Assembly (NCBI GenBank): GCA_965240325.2
Contig: OZ251249.1
Span: 496,001 to 560,000, forward strand
Length of the DNA: 64,000 nucleotides
Source: Rebecca billardiae RCC1528
Taxonomy: Eukaryota; Protista; Haptophyta
Reading direction: 5' to 3'
The notes under the pieces were generated by a model. The model worked only from the letters and a program-made list of their open reading frames with translations. It was not told the DNA's origin and made no database searches. The translations under genes were made by a program, and so were the position numbers. This document shows positions 56,981 to 64,000 of the stretch, in pieces (position 1 is the stretch's first letter; each line of letters starts with the position of its first letter).

Positions 56981-58618
56981 GCACCGCCGCCTTGCTCCTC
57001 GTCATCCGCCAGCTGGCTGTATGGGCCAGCGCCGCCGCCGGCCGCGCGCGCGCCGCCCGCCGGCGGGCGCGCGCCCGTGTCGGCGCGCGCGCCGCCGGCG
57101 CCGTCGCGCGCGCCCGACGCAGGCTCGGCCCCCCGCGCCGCGCCACCGCGCCCGGCCGGTCGGCGCGCGCCGCGCGCCGCGCGCCGCGCGCGCGCTCGCT
57201 CGCGCAGCAGCGGCAGCCACGCCGCGGCCGCCTTGGCCGCCATCAGCAGCAGCAGCGGCGACAGCGCCGCGCTGTAGCTGCGCACGGTGCTGCGCCCGTC
57301 AAGCCGAGCCGCCAGCAGCGCCTGCGCACGCGGGGGCGCGCCGGGAGGCGGATGCGTCGGTGGCGGTGGGCGCGCGGGGCGGCGCGGCGCGGCGCGGCGC
57401 TGTGCTGTGCGCGCTGTGCTGTGCTGTGCGCGGTGCGCGGTGCGCGGTGCGCTATGCGCGCGCGTGCGCCGTGCGCCGTGCGCTGTGCTGTGCGCGTGCC
57501 TGCGCGAGGACGATCAGGCAGAAGTGCAGCAGCGTGCGCGCATGCGAGAGAACGCCCGTGTCCGAGCCGCCGAGCACGCACACGCCCACGCCGAGCGCGA
57601 GGCCGTCGAGCGCCCAGGTGGGGATGAGCAGTGTGCCCCACGACGCGCCGCACGCGCCGCCGTCCATCCGCGCGCCCAGCAGCGCGAGCTGCGTGAGCAC
57701 GAGGGGCACGACGAGCAGCAGCACGCTGAGCAGCAGCGAGGCCCCGCGCGCCAGCAGCGTGCCCTCGTCCGAGTGCATGAACTTGTGGAATTCCTCGTAC
57801 GTCTGCGGGGGGGGGGCAGCACGGCACGGCGCAGGGCGGGTGGGTGAGCCAGCGGCGCGTGGGCGTGCGCGTCAGCTCAGGGCTGAGGGAGGGCGGCGCA
57901 CGCGCGGCTCCGCGCAGCGTGCGCACGCGCCCCTCGCGCCCTGCCTCCACGCCCGCCCCCCCTCCCGTCCAGCCCCCCCCCGCCCCGTGCGGACGTGCAA
58001 GTGTGTGCAAGTGTGTGCCCGTGCGCTCGCGCCCAGTCCTCCGCCCCACACTGTAAACTGCAGTACCGTAGTACCGTAGTACTACTGTAGTACTGTAGTC
58101 CCGTAGGAGTGCACGCACCTTGAGCCCCTCCTCGCCCATCTTGTCGTAGATGTCACGCCGCTCGGGGTCGGAGAGGATGGAGTAGGCGTGCGCCACCTCC
58201 TTGAAGCGGTCGGCGGCATCGGCGTCGTTGCGCGTCTTGTCCGGGTGGTACCGCAGCGCGAGCCGCTTGTACGCGCGCTGGATCGCCTGTGGGCGCGCAC
58301 GCGCGCACGCAGCGACGCGGCCGGCGGCGAGGCGTGCGCTCGGCGCGTGCACGCGCGCGCGCGCACGCCGCGCGAGCGCGGCCGGCGCGCGCGTGGCACG
58401 CGCGTCGCCATGTGCCAAGTCCCGCGCGCAGCGGGCGCGCGTGCGCCGGCCCGCCGCGCGCGCCGTATCGTGCGGCAGCCGGCGCGCGCGCGCGAGCTCT
58501 GCAGCGGCCGAACCGGCGCGCGCGGGCGCACCTCCTGCGAGGCGTCGGGGGCGACGCCGAGCGTGTCATAGAGGGTGGCGCCCGGTCCCGGCACGCCGGC
58601 CGCGCCGGGCTCGGCCAT
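54652..58618 (-). CDS. DnaJ-domain protein with TMEM185-like transmembrane repeats
   Basis: [20 protein letters not shown] (HPD) and [15 protein letters not shown], followed by repeated LxARLDG...W...LIPxW membrane hairpins. Multiple introns, one with a GC donor near 57499. Confidence 0.82.
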
Positions 58619-59122
58619 GTGCGCTCGCGCCCCGCGCCGTGCGCGTCGGGCAGCGCGGCGGCTCGGGTCGAGCTTCACGGGCGGGCGCCCCTTGGAGCGG
58701 CTCCCGCGCTCCTGACGCTCGCCAGAAAGAGATTCCGGGCTCGCGCGCCACGATGGAACCCTCGCGTTCGAGCCTAGAAGGGGGTGGTGGGCTGGCTCCC
58801 AACGGGCGCGCGCCGCGAGCGCCGAGCGGCAATCGGGCGGTACCCGCTACTTTTATGGAGCGTTATTACCGCCAAAGTGGCAAAGTGAATACAGGCGCCA
58901 GGCTCGAATACGACGGCCGGGTATTCAAGCGCAGCCGAATTTGGGAGCGGAAGCTCTCGATTGATCAGCGCGGAGCTAGCCACCAAAAGTCCATCAGCAG
59001 GCCGGCAGCCTCCCTGCAGCAAGCTGCCGCGGCCCTCGCGACCGACGGGGGGCGAGGCACTCGCTTCCGCCCTCGAGCAGCCGCGCGCGCGCAGCCGCGG
59101 CTCCAGCCCGCGCGGCGCGCAC

Positions 59123-62100
59123 ATGACCACCGCCGCCAAATCACTCGGCGCGCTGCCCATGCCGGGCAAGCGCGCCCCGGCCAACGCGGCCGAGCTCACG
59201 CCCGGCTCGCTCGGGCTTGACGGCCTCGACGTCGACCCAGCGCGCATCCGGCAGTTCGCCGCGGAGTTCGCGCTGGTCGACGCGCGCGGGGAGGGACGGG
59301 TGCCCCGCGCGCGCATGGCCGAGGCCATCGGCTTCGGCGACGAGGCGAGCCCCTTTGTCGACGTGATCATGCGCTGGTTTGACACGCGCGGCACCGGCTA
59401 CGTGCAGCTCCGCGAGTGCGCGCACGGGCGGCACGCGGCGCGCGCGCGCGCACACACGCGCGCGCGTGCGTGAGACCCACCCGCCCCCTTCCCCCCGCCT
59501 CCACGCGGCGCCGCGCCCCGGCAGCTACGTGCGCACCATGCTCGTGCTCACGAGCGGCGAGGAGCGGCACCAGCTTGACCTCGCCTTTGCCGCTTACGAC
59601 ATCGACGGGAACGGGCAGATCTCGCACGCGGAGATCGAGCGGCTGGTGGGCGCGGTGCGCGCGCCGCTCGGCCGCGCGCGCGTCGCCGCGCCCGCGGTCG
59701 AGGGCCGCGGCCGCGCGCGCACGCCGATGGCGCGGCGCAGCGGCACGGGTGGCTCTGGCCGAGCGGCCGCGGCGGCGGCGGCGGGCGGCGCGGGCGCGCA
59801 AAGGCCGGGTAGCGCGGGCCGGCTGCGCCCGCCGGGCGCGAAGGGCGGCGCGGCGGGCGCGGCGGCGGAGCTGGACACGCTGCTCGCCAAGCAGCGCGCC
59901 CGCCGCGCCGCCGCCGAGCGCGCCGCCATCGCCGCCGACGCGGCGCGGCTATGCGCAGCGCTGGACCCAGAGGGGCGAGGGTGCGCGCGCGCGCGCCCGC
60001 GCGCCGCCTCTCGCGTGCGCGGCTCTCGCGTGCGCGCGCGTCCTGCTGCGCCCGCGCTGAGCGGTGCGGTGCGCGTGGCGGCGTGCTGCGCGCAGGTACG
60101 CCACGCGCGCCGACTTTGAGCGCCTCTTCTTCGGCGAGCGGCGCGCGCTGCTCGCCGCGACGGCTGGCGCTCACGAGGCGGAGGCGGAGGCGGCGGCGGC
60201 GGCGGCGGCGGCGGGCGCGCCCGCGGCGGGCTCGCCGCCGAGCGGCGGCGCGCCGTGGCGGGCGGGCGGCGGGCGCGCGCCGGCGGGGTGGCGCGGGCTG
60301 CGCGGCGTGATGCGCGTGCGCGCCTCCGCCGCCCAGGCCAGCCGCACCTCCTCGCCGCCCAGGCTGGGCGACGGTGGCGGCGGCGGCGGCGCGGCGGCCG
60401 CGCATAGACACGGCGCGCCGCCGCGCGCCGGCCCGCTCGGCGGCGGCGGCGCGTCGCCGCGGCGGCGCTGGAGCACGCCCGGCTCGCCGCCCGGCGGGCC
60501 GGGCTCGCCCGCGCCGGGGCGGCGCGGCGCCGCCGACTCCGCCGCCCACGGCGCGCCCGGCGCCGCGCGCGGCCGGCGCGGCGCCGCGGCCGCGCCCAAC
60601 GCCAAGGGTCGGCTCGTGACGTTTGGCCACCGCAAGTGGCAGCATGCGCTCCACATGATGCTGGGGATCCGCGAGGCGGTGGAGCGCGCGGCGGACGCGG
60701 ACGCGATCGTGACGAAGCAGCGCGCCGCGCGGCTCTCGGGCACGCCGAGCCCGCAGCGGCTGCGCACGACGACGGACAGCGCCGAGCGCGACGGCGGCGG
60801 CGGCGCGCAGCCCGCCGCAGCGGCCGCGGGCTCGCGCGCCGCGCCGCCGCCGATGCACTCGGCGCTGAGCGCGACGCTGGACGAGCTGCCGCCGCTGACG
60901 GACGCGGACTGCGCGTCGAAGGTGAGCTTCTGGCTGCACGGCGGCGCGGGCGCGGAGGACGACGGCTCGGACGCCCTCCTCCGCAGCGACGACGAGCAGC
61001 CGGCCGCCGGCAGCATGGCCGCCGCCACTCTCTCCAGTCGAGCGCCGCCCGGCGCGTCGCTGCACGCGCATGCGCACGGCTCCGAGCTGGTGACGCCCAA
61101 CTCGACGGCGGGGACGACGACGGGGAGCACGCACTCGCTCGCCTCGACGGCGGTGTGGGGGTCGCACCCGCTCATCGAGTACACGCAGCGGGACTCGTCC
61201 GTCGCCGCCCTCGGCGAGGAAGCCATGGCGGCCATGCTGGCGGGGGCACACGGCCAGTCTCAGGCCGCGCTGCTGCACGCGGCGCAGTCGAGCGCGCTGC
61301 TGTCCGCCGAGGAGGCGGCGCAGCTGCGCGCGGCGGCGGCGGCGGAGGCGGCGTCGCGCCGCGGCTCGGTGGACGAGGGCGGGCCCGCCGGCGCGCCGCC
61401 CGGCGCCGCGGCCGGCCCGCGCCGCGGCTCGCTCGCCCTAGCGGCGCCGGCCGAGCGCGGCGGCGCGGCGGCGGGCGACCAGTCGAGCACGGCGATGGCG
61501 CGCGACGCGGCCGAGCGGCGGCGCTCGCACATGCACGCGCAGGCGGCGGAGCGGCGGCGCTCGGCGTCGGCGCCGCGCGCCGCGCCGCCGCACGGCCGCA
61601 CGCCCGCGCCGCGCCGCGCGCCCGCGCCGCCCCGCCGCGCCGCCCGCCCCTACGGCTTCAAGAACTACGCCCCCCGCGCATTCCGACACGTGCGGCTTCT
61701 GTGCGGCATCAGCGACGCTGAGTACGTGAGATCGCTCGGGCCCGAGCAGGTGTTCGGCTCGCTGCTGCTCGGTGCGCGCGACGAGGGGCGGCGCGGCGCG
61801 CGGGGTGCGCCCCCTGCCCCCCTCTCTGTCTCTCTCGCGCGCACACGCGCCGCTGAGCAGCACGCCACCCCGCCCGCCGCGCCCCGCCCACGCGCCGCCC
61901 CGCGGCGCGCGCCGTGCGCCCGGCCGTGCACACACCCACCCGCGCACGCACCCGCGTGCCTCCGACCTTCCTTCTGTCTGTGTGCGCGCGCTGGCCGACC
62001 AGGCTCGTTCGCCTCCGTCTCCGAGCTGCAGTCCGAGGGCAAGTCCGGCGCGTTCTTCTACTTCTCCGCCGACTCGAATTACCTGCTCAAGACAATCTCG

Positions 62101-63395
62101 CGCGCCGAGATGCGCTACCTGCGCGAGATCCTGCCGAGATACGTCGCGCACTTGCGCAGGCGCGACAAGCTCGCGCGGCGCGCGGCGGCGGCGGGCGCGG
62201 GCGGCGGCGGCGCGGGCGCGGTGCCCACCGGCGCGTCGCTGCTCCCGCGCATCACCTCGGCGCACGAGCTGCGCCTCCCAGACGGCACGCGTGTGCCCTT
62301 TGTCGTGATGCGCAACGTGTTTGCCACCGACCGCCGCATCCACGAGCGCTTCGACTTGAAGGGCTCGACGGTTGGCCGGCTGACGGACGCGGAGACGCTG
62401 GCGCGCACGCCCGACGCGACGCAGAAGGACCTCAACCTGGGCGCGCGCACGTTCGCGCTGCCCGCGCCCAAGCGCGCCGCGCTGCTGGAGGCGATCTCGG
62501 CCGATCTCGAGTTCTTGCAGAGCGTGCGCTCGATGGACTACTCGCTGCTCATCGGTGTGCACAGGCGGGGCGGGCAGCGCGCGCACTCCGCGGCGGCGGC
62601 GGCGGCGGCGGCGGCGCCCGCGTCAGCGAGCGCGGCGGCGCTCGACAGCGCGCTCGACCACGCGGAGGCGGAGGCGAGCACGGCCGCGGCCGACGCGCGC
62701 GCGACGCCGACGCGCACGCCCGCCGCGCTGCGCGCGCCGAGCGACGTCGATCTGCGCTTCGCCGAGGCGCGGTGGCAGACGCGCATGCTCACGCTCGGAG
62801 GCGGCAGCGGCTACCTCGGAGCGCCGAGCGCCGGCGCGCCGGGCATCGGCAGCGTGGCCGAGTCGCCAGAGCCGCCGACGCCGCCCGCGCGCGCGTCGGG
62901 CAGCGGCGCGCGCGCGCCGCCCGCGCTCGCCGGCGCGCTCGCCGACACGCCCGACGGCGGCATCTACGCCGCGCCGCCGCGCTCCGACGCCGAGGGCGGG
63001 CGGGGCGGCGCGCAGGAGGCCGAGCCCACTGAGGTGCTGTACATCGGGCTGATCGACATCACCACCACCTGGGGCGTGTCCAAGCAGGCGGAGCGCGCCG
63101 TCAAGGGTGCGCGCGCGCGCGCGCGCGCGGAGGCGCGCGCGCGGACGCGCGCGCAGGCGGGCGTGGCGGCGGTGGCGCGCGGCCGTGGCAGCTGGCGCCA
63201 CCTCGCGCCGCGCCCCCGCCCTGACGGCTGCCCCGCGCCCGCGCCGCCGCCGCTGTGCTGCGTGCAGGTATCGTGCACAGCCGGCATGCGATCTCGGCCG
63301 TGCCGCCCGCCGAGTACGCGCAGCGCATGCTCGCCTTCCTCCAGGCCAAGATTGTCGCGGACGGCCCGTCGCAGGACGCCGAGGCGCGCGTGTGA
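59123..63395 (+). CDS. EF-hand (NCS/calcineurin-B-like) phosphatidylinositol-4-phosphate 5-kinase
   Basis: YDIDGNGQISHAE EF-hand. Kinase motifs FKNYAP, SEGKSGAFFYFS, LLKTI, MRNVF, FDLKGS, KDLN, MDYSLLIG, GLIDI and ISAVPP.EYAQR. Confidence 0.92.
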
Positions 63396-64000
63396 GCGTG
63401 TGAGCCGTGATAACGCGCCGTCAGGGACTCAGGGCGGACGCGCGCGCCGGGAGTAACCGGCGAGCAGTCCAGCACGACTGTCGGCCGGTGCCGGTGGCGC
63501 TCGCGTTGGCAGCGAGCAGTAGTTGTAGTGATGACGAGTTGCGTGAGTAGTATAGCAGCATCTATCAGCCATCGATCGTCAGTGCGACGGCGGGCCGGCC
63601 CGTCACCGTCGGCCCGTCTGCCGTCACGGATTACGAACGTCAGCATCAGGACGATCAGCAAGGGCGGTCTGCTAACTCTAACTCTGCTAACTACTAAGCG
63701 CGCGGGCCCGGCGGGCGCCGGCGGTCTCGTCGGGTCGATCTGCTCGGCTTCATCTGCTGGACGCGACGATATCCGGCGGCCTCCGGGAAGTATCTCACGC
63801 ACCAGCGGCCCGCGCCTTATCGTCCCCTGACGAGAAGGTTACATCCGCACACCTACTAGACGCTGATAGTAACACCTAGTACGACGCGGAGGATAATCAG
63901 ATTCGTCACTGGAGACAACGAAACATCCGAAGGCCTCAAACCACACACACACAAATATATATATAATTTAATGTCAAAATATATAGAACACAAAATTAAA

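Noticed and set aside
61772-62002. In-frame, stop-free introns read as protein inserts (also 25117-25230)
   Set aside because: Canonical splice signals, and stop codons are naturally rare at this GC content.
1-64000. tRNA, rRNA or snRNA genes
   Set aside because: None recognised by eye; tRNAscan-SE and Infernal/Rfam would be needed to exclude them.

Overview
Eukaryotic nuclear DNA, extremely GC-rich and gene-dense. Short introns typically run GTGCGC...CGCAG, and several use GC donors. This style suggests a haptophyte-type alga (inference only). About 17 protein-coding genes can be supported: NAD(P)HX epimerase, an LRR protein, a CYP74-clan-like P450 with a multi-pass membrane N-terminus, a CFAP97-domain protein, a GRK-like kinase, a small membrane protein, two coiled-coil proteins, a PAN+DUF707 protein, ADAT3, an unknown 241-aa protein, an Aha1_N-LRR-PDZ fusion, centrin, kinesin-13, an acylated TM-LRR protein, a phospholipase-B-like lipase, a tautomerase-like protein, a DnaJ-TM protein and an EF-hand PIP5K. 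The intergenic DNA is a mosaic of mobile elements tied to TA sites. It includes two 5'-truncated copies of a restriction-like-endonuclease (CRE-like) retrotransposon in (TA)n tracts and a 3.6-kb CACAG-terminated element sharing one of those tracts. It also holds several TA-flanked MITEs, a decayed RT fragment and a CpG-depleted island. Scrambled tracts suggest insertion-biased sequence decay. Most long ORFs in the supplied track are GC-rich shadow frames. All family calls come from motif recognition by eye, with no database search.
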